A stretch of 64,000 bases of DNA from an uncultured Pseudomonadales bacterium (GTDB taxonomy: Bacteria; Patescibacteriota; Microgenomatia; UBA1400; PJMF01): NCBI GenBank assembly GCA_964457085.1, contig CAYWDM010000003.1, forward strand, positions 128,514-192,513. Reading direction: 5' to 3'. A program made the position numbers and the translations under genes. Shown piece by piece: positions 10,298 to 19,957 of the stretch (position 1 is its first letter; every line of letters begins with the position of its first letter). The notes beneath the pieces are model-generated. The model had not been told where the DNA came from. It saw only the letters and a program-made list of their open reading frames with translations, and made no database searches.

Positions 10298-11182
10298 ATG
10301 TCAAAAATTTCCCCAAAAATTCTACATGAAGACACCGACATTATAGTCATACACAAACCAAGTGGTATGGTGGTTAATGAGGCACAATCAAATCAAGTAC
10401 CCACAATTCAAACTTGGGTCACTGAATATTTACAAACAACTGCACAATTACAAAAACCTGATTGGCAACAATTTGTACCCAGTGACTTTGATGCCACTTA
10501 TGGTTCACCAGAAGATATTTGGCAAGAAAGACAGGGAATCGTTCATCGACTCGATAAAGATACTAGTGGAGTGTTGATCTTAGCCAAGCATCCTGGTGCA
10601 TTAGTCGAGTTACTTCGTCAGTTTCGTTCAAGGGAAGTTAAAAAAACATATACATGTTTGGTTCATGGTGGCATGTCCTTAGCCAAGGGCTTGATTAATG
10701 CTCCCATACATCGTGCTCAGCGTGATCGACGCAAGTTTGCAGTCGATGCCTCTGGCAGACAAGCTGTGACACTATATGAAACTCTAGGGCGATATGAACA
10801 GTTGCGGTGTTTAAGTAAGCAAACACAGGAAGAACCAGCCGACAACTCAGTTTTAGAGGAAGATGACTTATCAGAAGAATCACAGAGAATTCTCAGAAAG
10901 AACCATGATACCTACTTGCAGGGCTTCAGCTTGTTGTCTTGTCAACCAAAAACAGGACGAACCCATCAAATTCGTGTCCACCTAGCACATTTACATCATC
11001 CAGTTGTTGGCGATCAAGTGTATGCGGGAAGACAAAGATGCCAACTTGATGCACTCTGGTGCCCCAGACAGTTCTTGCATGCTAGAGAATTAAAAATAAC
11101 GCATCCACGAACGCATGAAAGTATGACTTTCACGGCTGAGTTGCCAGCAGATCTGACAAAAGTATTGCGACAATTGGTATAG
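10298..11182 (+). CDS. RluA/RluD-family pseudouridine synthase
   Basis: KPSGMVV, HRLDKDTSG, TGRTHQIRVH, FLHA; no N-terminal S4 domain. Confidence 0.93.
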   Translation: MSKISPKILHEDTDIIVIHKPSGMVVNEAQSNQVPTIQTWVTEYLQTTAQLQKPDWQQFVPSDFDATYGSPEDIWQERQGIVHRLDKDTSGVLILAKHPGALVELLRQFRSREVKKTYTCLVHGGMSLAKGLINAPIHRAQRDRRKFAVDASGRQAVTLYETLGRYEQLRCLSKQTQEEPADNSVLEEDDLSEESQRILRKNHDTYLQGFSLLSCQPKTGRTHQIRVHLAHLHHPVVGDQVYAGRQRCQLDALWCPRQFLHARELKITHPRTHESMTFTAELPADLTKVLRQLV

Positions 11183-11198
11183 TTTTCTATACTAGCTC

Positions 11199-11855
11199 AT
11201 GATGAGCCTCTCCACAGTTGCCCCAAATAATTCAAATTTAGTTACTTCGGAATTTCCCACAGTTCAGTTCGAAGGAGATAGCACTACATATGTATCTCCC
11301 TCATGGAACCAATTAAGTGGGTTGGCATTTACTGTGGCCACTGCGATTCTTAACCGTGATTTACACTTTGATAGCATTGTTACCCTCGCCAAAGGTGGCT
11401 GGCCAATGACACGTACATTAGTTGATTTTTTGAGTGTTGGCCAAGTTGCGAGTATCGGGGTCAAATTCTATGCAGGTATTAAGGAACGGCTAAAACAACC
11501 TGAGATTTACCAAGATATTCCCGTTTCTGTGTCTGGAGAATCAGTACTATTATTTGATGATGTGGCTGACACCGGGGAATCACTGAAATTTGTGATGGAT
11601 TATCTGGGGGATCGAGGCGTTTCTCGAGTGACTACGGCCTCATTATTTTATAAACCACATTCCATTGTGAAACCAGATTTTTTTGGAGCAGAGGTCACTG
11701 GTTGGATAGTGTTTCCCTATGAATTGGTTGAAACACTGCGAGTTTTAAATCGAAAATGGCGAGATGCTGGACTGGATCAGTCACAAATTATTGCTCGGTT
11801 TACCAAACTGGGGTTCCAGGCCGATCAAGTAAATTGGTATATTTCTAGATTTTAG
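11199..11855 (+). CDS. Type I phosphoribosyltransferase (purine PRT-like)
   Basis: VLLFDDVADTGES PRPP motif, AKGG, WIVFPYE. Confidence 0.9.
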   Translation: MMSLSTVAPNNSNLVTSEFPTVQFEGDSTTYVSPSWNQLSGLAFTVATAILNRDLHFDSIVTLAKGGWPMTRTLVDFLSVGQVASIGVKFYAGIKERLKQPEIYQDIPVSVSGESVLLFDDVADTGESLKFVMDYLGDRGVSRVTTASLFYKPHSIVKPDFFGAEVTGWIVFPYELVETLRVLNRKWRDAGLDQSQIIARFTKLGFQADQVNWYISRF

Positions 11856-11884
11856 GTCATATAAACATGCTGTTAAACATGCTG

Positions 11885-11913
11885 TTGCGTTATGCGTAGC
11901 GGTTATGTATAAT
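11885..11913 (+). promoter_or_regulatory. Sigma70 promoter preceded by a 12-bp tandem direct repeat
   Basis: TTGCGT-17 bp-TATAAT; AAACATGCTGTT x2 at 11863-11886 abuts the -35. Confidence 0.65.
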
Positions 11914-11940
11914 TTTCAACTAAGTTAGTACAAGAATTGT

Positions 11941-12028
11941 AGCGAAGACACCTCGATGTTTTCGCTCCCAAGCAACGATTCCCTGAGGGGATGGATACCA
12001 AGCGAGCGCAGACGTCGGGGTTTTTTTT
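11941..12028 (+). promoter_or_regulatory. Structured leader / candidate attenuator or sRNA
   Basis: CCTCGATGTTTTCGCTC pairs with GAGCGCAGACGTCGGGG followed by T8; competing hairpin AGCGAAGACA/TGTTTTCGCT. Confidence 0.55.
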
Positions 12029-12036
12029 ATAACAAT

Positions 12037-13068
12037 ATGGCATTAACACCTGATCAAGAGCAACGTCACACCATGGGAACATGGCTGGCAGAGCGTGCTC
12101 AGAGGTTTGGATCAGATCTAGGTACGGACAAACAACCAAATCAGCAATCAGTGGATAGCTGTATCCCCATACAAATCTCAAGCAATTTCCGCAAATTGGT
12201 GAAGCGAGCAGATCAAAATCGCAGAGACGAGTTGCTTAGGGCATTCGCTGGTCTTGATGCCGCAGTACTAGCCAGTACCAGTAGAAAGAAAATTGCTGGA
12301 TTAGAAAAATTATTGGTTGCTCTGATTGGTGACCAGGGTAATGGTTTTTTGGCCTCAGCAGTGATGGCAGATGAGGAAATCACCTCAAAATCAGTGATGA
12401 AAGTTGCGAATCAAAAGGCACGAGCCGCGTATTGTAATCACATTGAGCAGACTGGCCAGGCAGTTGACAATCGTATCCTTGAGTTGATTCGGATTTTTCA
12501 AGAGGTCCATGCAGTAGATGAGCATATCTACCAAGAGATTAAAGAGTTTATGCCTAAAGGAATGGCTTTTTTGGGTGCTGATGTTAATTTTTGGACGGTT
12601 AACCCTGACGGTAGCTGGCAACAACAACACAAGCTTGAGCGGCTAAATCGAGAACTAACTGACAGTGAATTTTTACAATTCGCCGAGAAACTAAAAGCAT
12701 ATTATTGTCATCCAGAATTAAAAGAAGTGCGAGTACTTTGGGATATTGGAGTTGTGGCATTAAATGGCGGTTTGCATGAATTTCATGATCAAATTGAGGT
12801 AGTAGCGGAGCCAATTGATGAATATCTATTCTGGCAATATATGCTCGAGGCAAAAGATACCAAACAGTTGTACACCTATAATCCACATTTTGCTTTGATC
12901 GAGTGTTTAATGGCACAAGGAAAAATCAAAACACTTGCAACGCTCTCGAATGAAGAGCGAAAACTAGGTTTAAAGATGGAAAATAAACGCTTTACGCCAT
13001 GTGATGCCGACTTGCAGGTTGTACAAACAGCAGTTAGTGGCAACCGACCACCACGTATTCCGGATTAA
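12037..13068 (+). CDS. Divergent Maf-like (nucleotide pyrophosphatase fold) protein
   Basis: VLASTSRKK (~ILASxSPRR), VMKVANQKARAA (~LAxxKAxAV), FLGADV (~IGADT). Confidence 0.5.
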   Translation: MALTPDQEQRHTMGTWLAERAQRFGSDLGTDKQPNQQSVDSCIPIQISSNFRKLVKRADQNRRDELLRAFAGLDAAVLASTSRKKIAGLEKLLVALIGDQGNGFLASAVMADEEITSKSVMKVANQKARAAYCNHIEQTGQAVDNRILELIRIFQEVHAVDEHIYQEIKEFMPKGMAFLGADVNFWTVNPDGSWQQQHKLERLNRELTDSEFLQFAEKLKAYYCHPELKEVRVLWDIGVVALNGGLHEFHDQIEVVAEPIDEYLFWQYMLEAKDTKQLYTYNPHFALIECLMAQGKIKTLATLSNEERKLGLKMENKRFTPCDADLQVVQTAVSGNRPPRIPD

Positions 13069-13147
13069 CCGCAAATTGCATTTGCTTGTGGTAGAGTAGG
13101 AGGCAGACATATTTTTTTACATGATAGGTCTTGTAAAGGAGCTTTCA

Positions 13148-14560
13148 ATGTCAGCAGTTAAAAACAAGAATTACATCGTCAACGCTAAACAGGCTGATGC
13201 TGTCACGGATCCTCAAATCAGTGAATTAGTTGAGGCAGAAACACAACGCCAAATCGATAAAATTGGGTTGATTCCTTCTGAAAATAATAGTTCTCCCGAA
13301 GTTTTATCTGTTTTATCAAGCAGTCTTTCTAGTAAATATGCCGAAGGGTATCCTGAGCGAAGATACTATGAAGGCAACCAGTATATTGATCAAATTGAGA
13401 CCTTGGCACAGCAGCGAATCATGACACTTTTCAATGATGGACCAGCAGCACAGTCTGGTGATGATAGTGGCGAGGTAGTTCATGTGAATGTGCAGCCGTA
13501 TTCTGGATCGCCTGCAAATAGTGCTGTGCAGTTTGCATTGCTGCAACCAGGAGACACGTTGATGGGCTTAGCACTATCTTCTGGTGGCCATCTAACCCAT
13601 GGTCAGCCGAAAGTAACTTTTTCGGGTAAATATTTTAAATCCGTATCTTACGGTTTGGGGAAAGATGATCGAATTGATTTTGATCAGCTGCGACAACTAG
13701 CACTGCAGGAAAAACCAAAGCTGATTATTGCTGGTACTACTGCGTATCCTTTCACACTTGATTTTAAAAAGTTTAGAGCCATTGCTGACGAAGTTGGGGC
13801 ATGGCTGTTAGCTGATATTTCTCACATTACTGGATTGGTGGTAGCTGGAGAACATCCTTCACCAGTGCCCTATGCTGATATCATCATGTCTACGACTCAC
13901 AAGACTTTTCGTGGTCCAAGAGGGGCAATGTTGCTAATTACCAAGCATGGTTTAGACCGCGATCCCAAGCTCGCAGATAAAATCGATAAAGCAGTATTTC
14001 CTGGACTACAAGGTGGACCACACAATGCTACTACTGCCGGCATTGCAATTGCTGCATTAGAAGCACAAGATCCTTCATTTAAAGAATACGCTGTCCAAAT
14101 CTGCAAAAATGCCCAAGCTTTGGCCAAGGCTTTGCAGGCAGGTGGACTCAAGTTAGTTGGTGATGGCACAGACAACCATTTACTATTGGTTGATTTGACC
14201 AAAACCCATGGAATTGGTTTTGGCACACAAGCAGCTTTTGCACTGGATGTGGCAGGTATTTATGCCAATCGCAATACCATTCCACATGAACCATGTTCGC
14301 CATTTTATCCTAGTGGTTTGCGCCTCGGGACACCACTGGTAACTACTCGTGGTATGAAAGAAGCACAAATGGAGCAAATTGCTGCTTGGATTGTTGAGGC
14401 TATTAATTGTGTCAAAGAGTGGCAGCTACCAACTGACAAAAAAGCCTATGGTGAATTTGTGGAGCGATTTAGAGAACACGCCAAAGCTGACCTGCAGCTA
14501 AAATTCATCGCCACGCAGGTAGCTAAAATGGCACGACAATATCCACTGTTTGCACAGTAG
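13148..14560 (+). CDS. glyA: Serine hydroxymethyltransferase
   Basis: LIPSEN, KYAEGYP.RRYY, GGHLTHG, TTHKTFRGPRG PLP-lysine motif. Confidence 0.98.
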   Translation: MSAVKNKNYIVNAKQADAVTDPQISELVEAETQRQIDKIGLIPSENNSSPEVLSVLSSSLSSKYAEGYPERRYYEGNQYIDQIETLAQQRIMTLFNDGPAAQSGDDSGEVVHVNVQPYSGSPANSAVQFALLQPGDTLMGLALSSGGHLTHGQPKVTFSGKYFKSVSYGLGKDDRIDFDQLRQLALQEKPKLIIAGTTAYPFTLDFKKFRAIADEVGAWLLADISHITGLVVAGEHPSPVPYADIIMSTTHKTFRGPRGAMLLITKHGLDRDPKLADKIDKAVFPGLQGGPHNATTAGIAIAALEAQDPSFKEYAVQICKNAQALAKALQAGGLKLVGDGTDNHLLLVDLTKTHGIGFGTQAAFALDVAGIYANRNTIPHEPCSPFYPSGLRLGTPLVTTRGMKEAQMEQIAAWIVEAINCVKEWQLPTDKKAYGEFVERFREHAKADLQLKFIATQVAKMARQYPLFAQ

Positions 14561-14572
14561 AAAGTTTTGAGT

Positions 14573-15511
14573 ATGGTCGCAACCAAACAACCTCGAATTG
14601 GAGCTCATCTCTCTACAAGTGGTGGCATTGATAAAGCTGTGGAGCAAGCAGAACTTATCGGTGCTAATTGTTTACAGGTTTTTTCTGGTTCACCACGAAT
14701 GTGGCGACGGACATCACTGGAAAAAATTGATACTAAAAAATTGTTTGCTAAACAAGTCGAATGTGACGTCACCCCAATTTTTACTCATGCGTTGTATTTG
14801 GTTAACTTAGCTTCTGACAATCCAGAAATTTTAGCGAACTCAGTAATGACTCTGAAACACGATTTGTCGTTTGACGCACACATCAAAGGTGCGGGTGTAG
14901 TTGTGCATGTGGGCAGTCATCAAGGTCGTGGATTTCTAGCAATGCGCGATCAAATCGCCACTCAAATTGCGAACATTTTAGCTAACACTCCCAGCGAATC
15001 GAGGTTTTTAATCGAAAATTCCGCCGGTCAAAACGGCAAAATTGCGAGCGATTTGCATGAGATTTCTTGGTTAATTGAACAGCTAAAATCACCCAGAGTC
15101 GGCTGGTGTCTAGATAGTTGTCATGCTTTTGCCGCAGGTTACGCGTTCTCAAATAATTCATCTGTATATCAATCAAAAGAACCAAAAGAGAGTAATTTAT
15201 TTTCAGACTCAAACGGCTCAGATGTTAGACAATTTCCAGTACTACAAACGCAGATCAAAGAGTTACATTTAGACGAAACTCTGAGCGTGATTCATGTTAA
15301 TGACAGCCGTGATCCGTTTGCATCGGGAAGAGATCGCCATGACAATATTGGTTTGGGCACTATTCCAACGGGCGAACTGGAGTTATTGGTAAACGACCAA
15401 TTATTTACTGGTATTCCATTAATAACTGAGGTCCCCGGAATCACTGGCGAGGGTCCTGATGCTGCAAATATCGCTCGGATCAAAGAGCTGGTAAAATACT
15501 CTGGTGAGTAA
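14573..15511 (+). CDS. nfo: Endonuclease IV
   Basis: IGAH, HALYLVNL, LIENSAG, CLDSCHAFAAGY, IHVNDS, DRH. Confidence 0.95.
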   Translation: MVATKQPRIGAHLSTSGGIDKAVEQAELIGANCLQVFSGSPRMWRRTSLEKIDTKKLFAKQVECDVTPIFTHALYLVNLASDNPEILANSVMTLKHDLSFDAHIKGAGVVVHVGSHQGRGFLAMRDQIATQIANILANTPSESRFLIENSAGQNGKIASDLHEISWLIEQLKSPRVGWCLDSCHAFAAGYAFSNNSSVYQSKEPKESNLFSDSNGSDVRQFPVLQTQIKELHLDETLSVIHVNDSRDPFASGRDRHDNIGLGTIPTGELELLVNDQLFTGIPLITEVPGITGEGPDAANIARIKELVKYSGE

Positions 15512-16442
15512 TCCAATTATTTTTGATGGCAACGCTACAGCACAGGCTCGAGAACAGGAGCTATTAGTCTTGTCAGCTCAACTGCGGGCTCAAGGCATCC
15601 AGTCAAAAATCGCGGCCATTTTGTTTCGTGAAGATAAAGGTAGCGTTCTCTATACAGGACTTAAAAGGGATGCTGCGGCCAGACTTGGTATCCAGTATGA
15701 GGTTTATGAATTTTCTTTGACCGCCAGTCCCGACGAAGCAGTTTCTCAAATTCTCAAACTCAATGAAGACAAATTAGTAACTGGTATTATCGTCCAAAAA
15801 CCATGGCAAAAAACTTGGATTTTAAACCAAAAGCAACTTGCTAGTGAAAACCATGCTGAAGCTTTTGCACAGTGGTGGCAGCAATTGGTGGGGGCAGTAG
15901 CACCCAGCAAAGATGTAGATGGACTAACTCCCAGCACCCTAGAATTGATAGCGAAAAACGAGTGGCAAGCTGCTGGTCGAGTTTTGCCTGCAACCTGCCA
16001 GGCAGTAATATCGATAATAGATGCATATAGCAATCTTTTTTCACTACAAAAAACAGCAGAGCGGGGTAGTGCACCAGTAGCAATCATTGGTCGTTCAGAC
16101 CTATTGGGTACGCCTTTATTTTGGGTGTTAAAACATCGTGGTTGCGACGTAAAATTGCTTGGTAAGAAAGAATTTAAACAGGGGATAGAGCAAAAAAAAT
16201 TTTTACATGGATTTGGAACAATAATTAGTGCAACTGGTGTTAGTAAGCTGATTACTGGTGAACTATTAGACGATGGTGTTTGTGTGGTGGACGTGGGTGA
16301 GCCTAAGGGCGATGTTGATTTTGAATCAGTCAAAACTAAGGCCAAATTCATCACACCAGTTCCCGGTGGCGTTGGCCCAATGACGGTTTCTTGTTTGATG
16401 GAGAACTGTCTAAAGTTGTGTCAAATTAAGCGCGATAAATAA
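15504..16442 (+). CDS. folD: Methylenetetrahydrofolate dehydrogenase/cyclohydrolase
   Basis: KDVDGL, GRSDLLGTP, GDVDF, TPVPGGVGPMTV. Confidence 0.93.
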   Translation: MSNPIIFDGNATAQAREQELLVLSAQLRAQGIQSKIAAILFREDKGSVLYTGLKRDAAARLGIQYEVYEFSLTASPDEAVSQILKLNEDKLVTGIIVQKPWQKTWILNQKQLASENHAEAFAQWWQQLVGAVAPSKDVDGLTPSTLELIAKNEWQAAGRVLPATCQAVISIIDAYSNLFSLQKTAERGSAPVAIIGRSDLLGTPLFWVLKHRGCDVKLLGKKEFKQGIEQKKFLHGFGTIISATGVSKLITGELLDDGVCVVDVGEPKGDVDFESVKTKAKFITPVPGGVGPMTVSCLMENCLKLCQIKRDK

Positions 16443-16481
16443 TTGAGCTATTAGCCAGCTCTTTGATGTAGAATGTTTGAT

Positions 16482-16934
16482 ATGACGGAAAATGAATCTA
16501 CGGTTTCAGCAATTATTGGTGGATTGAAGGCTGGTCTTAAGGATGTGAGTGGCATCCACACATTTTCTCAAGAACGTGATCGTGGCGAATCTAGATTTAA
16601 AGCTGCAATTTTAGGTGCTTTTGAATATCTATGTCCTTGTCTTGCAAATTTGGACAAGACAAAGGATAGCTATCCAAAGGACATGCAACAATGGTTGACT
16701 CTTTCTGCAGTCCTCATGGATTTTAGTAACTTGTTTAGTGCAGCTATGGTTACATTGCTTGAGGCAAATGCAGTTTCAAGTGCAAGTGTGATGGAAATTA
16801 TTATGATTGGAATGGCAAATAAAATGACATCCAACCTTGTGCTTAGAGGCCAACGCGAATCCTTTGAGAATTTATCAGATTTAGATAAGAGTGTAATTGC
16901 TAGCCATAATCAAGCTGATTCTGCTAATTCTTAG
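16482..16934 (+). CDS. Hypothetical protein
   Basis: Clean ORF; TAGAAT 7 nt upstream of ATG 16482. Confidence 0.6.
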   Translation: MTENESTVSAIIGGLKAGLKDVSGIHTFSQERDRGESRFKAAILGAFEYLCPCLANLDKTKDSYPKDMQQWLTLSAVLMDFSNLFSAAMVTLLEANAVSSASVMEIIMIGMANKMTSNLVLRGQRESFENLSDLDKSVIASHNQADSANS

Positions 16935-16962
16935 CAAACTATCTTAGTGAAGGATTTAATCT

Positions 16963-17316
16963 ATGAATCAGTCAAGTGATATTTTGTTACAACAAGTTTT
17001 TGATGGTGTCGAAATTTCTGATGAAGAGTTAGGTCAATTGCAAGGCATGCTGGTTATTAGTCAAACCAAAACCGCAGTTGAGTTACTGCTCGGATTATCC
17101 TCAAACCACACAGAATTGTTGACTAGTATCGCCACACTTTTAAAAAAATACCATGAAGATTTGTCTGTAGATCAACAACAACAGTATGAAACAGCTATGA
17201 CTAGGCAAGCGGCCAACTCGATAGCCGAGATAGTTAAAATTATTCAGCCACACCTTCAAGCAAGCGAAGTTGAAATTGTTCAAAAAAACTTAGCCGTGAT
17301 TTTGTCCGAAAAATAG
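16963..17316 (+). CDS. Hypothetical helical protein
   Basis: Clean ORF with AAGGA upstream. Confidence 0.65.
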   Translation: MNQSSDILLQQVFDGVEISDEELGQLQGMLVISQTKTAVELLLGLSSNHTELLTSIATLLKKYHEDLSVDQQQQYETAMTRQAANSIAEIVKIIQPHLQASEVEIVQKNLAVILSEK

Positions 17317-17490
17317 AGATGTGCATTGAACTCCAATAGATATGGAATGCCACTACTGCTCTAGCGTCTCTCAAGTGATGATGCTATACTACCGCCCTTA
17401 TACAAATTTGTGTGGGTAGTGGTTTCACTCGTCCTGACTCAAAACCGCCCCACCATTCTGCAGCAGACTGCAGATAAACAAGGACACAAA

Positions 17491-18207
17491 ATGCTAGATC
17501 TCACTAATCTACCAAAAAAAGCTCCTGAATATGATTTAGCCGACCTTCTTGAGGCTGGTTGCCATTTTGGTCACCAAAAGCGCAAGTGGCATCCAAAGAT
17601 GAAACCTTTCATCTATATGGAAAAAGATGGCGTTCATATTTTTGATTTGGCCAAGACCGCTTCACAGCTGCAGGTTGCTTATGATTTTGCCTACCAATTA
17701 GGTAAAGAGGGCAAAACCATGGTTTTCGTTGGTACCAAACGCCAAACTCGTGAAGTTGTTAAAGATGCTGCTACTAAAGCAGGTATCTTGAGCATTTCTT
17801 CCAGATGGTTGGGTGGTTTATTAACCAATTGGGATCAAGTTCGCTTGTCGATCAACCGCATGACTTTCATTGAAGATGGCTTGAAGAATGACAAATTCAA
17901 AGGCTATACCAAATACGAGCGTGGTCAGATTGAAAAAGAACTCGGTCGTTTGGCTCGTTTCTTTGAAGGTATCCGAGCACTTAAGACCAAGCCAGATTGT
18001 TTGTTCATCTTAGATCCAGTCAAGGAAAAGAATGCCTTGGCAGAAGCTGTTAAAATGGGTGTACCAGTCATCGCTTTAGCTGACTCAAATGCCGATCCTA
18101 CTGAAATCGATGTGGCAATTCCAGCTAATGATGACGCAGTACGCAGTGTCACCTTTATCGTTGATCAGGTTGCAGCTGGATACATGGCTGGTCGAGACAG
18201 TAAATAA
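17491..18207 (+). CDS. rpsB: 30S ribosomal protein S2
   Basis: LLEAGCHFGH, FVGTKRQ, RWLGGLLTNW, IPANDDA. Confidence 0.98.
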   Translation: MLDLTNLPKKAPEYDLADLLEAGCHFGHQKRKWHPKMKPFIYMEKDGVHIFDLAKTASQLQVAYDFAYQLGKEGKTMVFVGTKRQTREVVKDAATKAGILSISSRWLGGLLTNWDQVRLSINRMTFIEDGLKNDKFKGYTKYERGQIEKELGRLARFFEGIRALKTKPDCLFILDPVKEKNALAEAVKMGVPVIALADSNADPTEIDVAIPANDDAVRSVTFIVDQVAAGYMAGRDSK

Positions 18208-18272
18208 TTTTATTGATTTGCATCAAGCCATGCAGGCTGATGCACTCAAAAAAAAACTAACTAAAGGAAATA

Positions 18273-18731
18273 ATGGCAATTACAACAGAAGACGTCAAAA
18301 AACTACGTGAGACCACAGGTGCTCGCATCATGGACTGCAAAAAAGCTTTAGAAGAAGCCAATGGTGATTTCGCTCAGGCTGTGAAGCTTGTCGAGGCCAA
18401 AGGTATGGCTCGTGCCGAAAAAAATCTCGACCGTGAGACCAAAGCTGGCTTCATCGCTAATTATGTGCACATGACTGGCATGACCGCAGCTTTAGTAGAA
18501 GTCGTTTGTGAGACAGATTTTGTAGCCAAGAATCAAGAATATCGTGATCTCGCTCGCGAGGTCGCAATGCAAGTGGTGGCTATGAATCCAGAGTCAGTTT
18601 CAGAATTATTGGAGCAGGAGTTTATTAAAGATCCAAGTAAAACCATTGGTGAGATGCTTAAAGCACTCAGTGGCAAAATTGGTGAGAAAATGGAAATTCG
18701 CCGATTTGTTCGATATGAACTTGGTGCTTAA
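18273..18731 (+). CDS. tsf: Elongation factor Ts (short form)
   Basis: VKKLRETTGA.IMDCKKAL, CETDFVA, IGEKMEIRRFVR; follows rpsB. Confidence 0.96.
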   Translation: MAITTEDVKKLRETTGARIMDCKKALEEANGDFAQAVKLVEAKGMARAEKNLDRETKAGFIANYVHMTGMTAALVEVVCETDFVAKNQEYRDLAREVAMQVVAMNPESVSELLEQEFIKDPSKTIGEMLKALSGKIGEKMEIRRFVRYELGA

Positions 18732-18753
18732 AAATTGACTAGATTTTGAAATG

Positions 18754-18779
18754 AAAAACCCGCCGAAAGGCGGGTTTTT
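18754..18779. terminator. Bidirectional intrinsic terminator
   Basis: AAAAACCCGCC-GAAA-GGCGGGTTTTT between convergent tsf and queA. Confidence 0.9.
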
Positions 18780-18830
18780 GGTATTGTAGATTGCTCGTTA
18801 ATCAGCTTACATGTTTGAAGAAATTAGCTA

Positions 18831-19922
18831 CTAGCTAATCAACATCCCATCCCCAAAACTGTAGAATCTGTATCCGCTTTCAATGGCGTGCTGATACGCT
18901 TTTCCCAGATGTGAACTCTTGAAATTCTTAAATTCACTTTGGGTATTTGGTTGACTCATGAATGCTGAGACCATCATCAATAAACTAGATTTTGGCAAGT
19001 GAAAATTAGTGATCAAACCATCAATAATTCTGAATTGATAGGGTGGGTAAATATACATTTGGGTTTCACCTTCGCCAGCCCGCAACAGTCCAGTTTTCTG
19101 ATCTGTGCAGCTTTCTAAAACTCGGGTGCTGGTAGTACCAACGGCAATAATTTTTCGACCTTGCAGTTTAGCTGTGTTAATTGCTGTTGCTGTTGTTTCC
19201 GACAAACTAAACCATTCTTTGTGCAGATGGTGTTTAGTAATATCTTCAGTTTTAACTGGCAAAAAAGTCCCCAGTCCCACATGCAGTGTCAGTTCTAAAA
19301 TCTCAATACCTTTTTCCAATAAACGAGATTCAAGTTCGGGAGTGAAGTGGAGGCCTGCGGTTGGAGCGGCAGCTGAGCCAGCAATTTTTGCATAGAGTGT
19401 TTGATACAACTCACGAAGCTTTAGCTCATCACCGCCATCCCAGTGGATATATGGAGGGATGGGAGTTTTACCGAGCTCATATAACGCAGCAAAAAGGGCT
19501 TCTTTACCGAGGTTAAAAGTCATCTCTCGGGTGTAATCGGTAACAGCCGAACAGACGGCAGATAAATCGCCCTGAGACCCAAATGATATTTTTTGATCCA
19601 GTTTAAGCCCCGGTTTGGTCAAACATTCCCAGGTTTCTGTTCCAGTGGCAGTGATGCCAATGCGACGGGTGAGTAGCACCTCCACCAAACCGCCAGATTC
19701 TTTATGTCCAAAAATTCGTGCTGGAATGACTTTGGTGTTATTGCGAACCAATACGGAATTGCTCGGCAACAATTGATCAAGTTCGTAGAAATGGTGATCG
19801 GCCAAATTACCTGTCTGACGATCAATAGACAGTAGATGGCTATGGTCTCTTGGCTCTGCAGGTTTCTGAGCGATACTTGATTGGGGTAGGTGGTAATCAA
19901 AGTCAGTTATGGTCAGTTGCAT
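18831..19922 (-). CDS. queA: S-adenosylmethionine:tRNA ribosyltransferase-isomerase
   Basis: FDYHLP, NTKVIPAR, AAPTAGLHF, LHVGLGTF, AVGTT, TNFHLPKS, YRFYSFGD. Confidence 0.97.
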   Translation of the reverse strand: MQLTITDFDYHLPQSSIAQKPAEPRDHSHLLSIDRQTGNLADHHFYELDQLLPSNSVLVRNNTKVIPARIFGHKESGGLVEVLLTRRIGITATGTETWECLTKPGLKLDQKISFGSQGDLSAVCSAVTDYTREMTFNLGKEALFAALYELGKTPIPPYIHWDGGDELKLRELYQTLYAKIAGSAAAPTAGLHFTPELESRLLEKGIEILELTLHVGLGTFLPVKTEDITKHHLHKEWFSLSETTATAINTAKLQGRKIIAVGTTSTRVLESCTDQKTGLLRAGEGETQMYIYPPYQFRIIDGLITNFHLPKSSLLMMVSAFMSQPNTQSEFKNFKSSHLGKAYQHAIESGYRFYSFGDGMLIS

Positions 19923-19957
19923 TGGAGATGGTTCGCAAAGCTCGTATACTAATGCGT

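Noticed and set aside
11956-12036. N-terminal extension of the 370-aa ORF
   Set aside because: It overlaps the structured leader and T8 tract, so ATG 12037 is the more plausible start.
18273-18731. Truncated tsf (and short yebC) as pseudogenes
   Set aside because: Both have intact termini and motifs, and short forms are known in reduced lineages.
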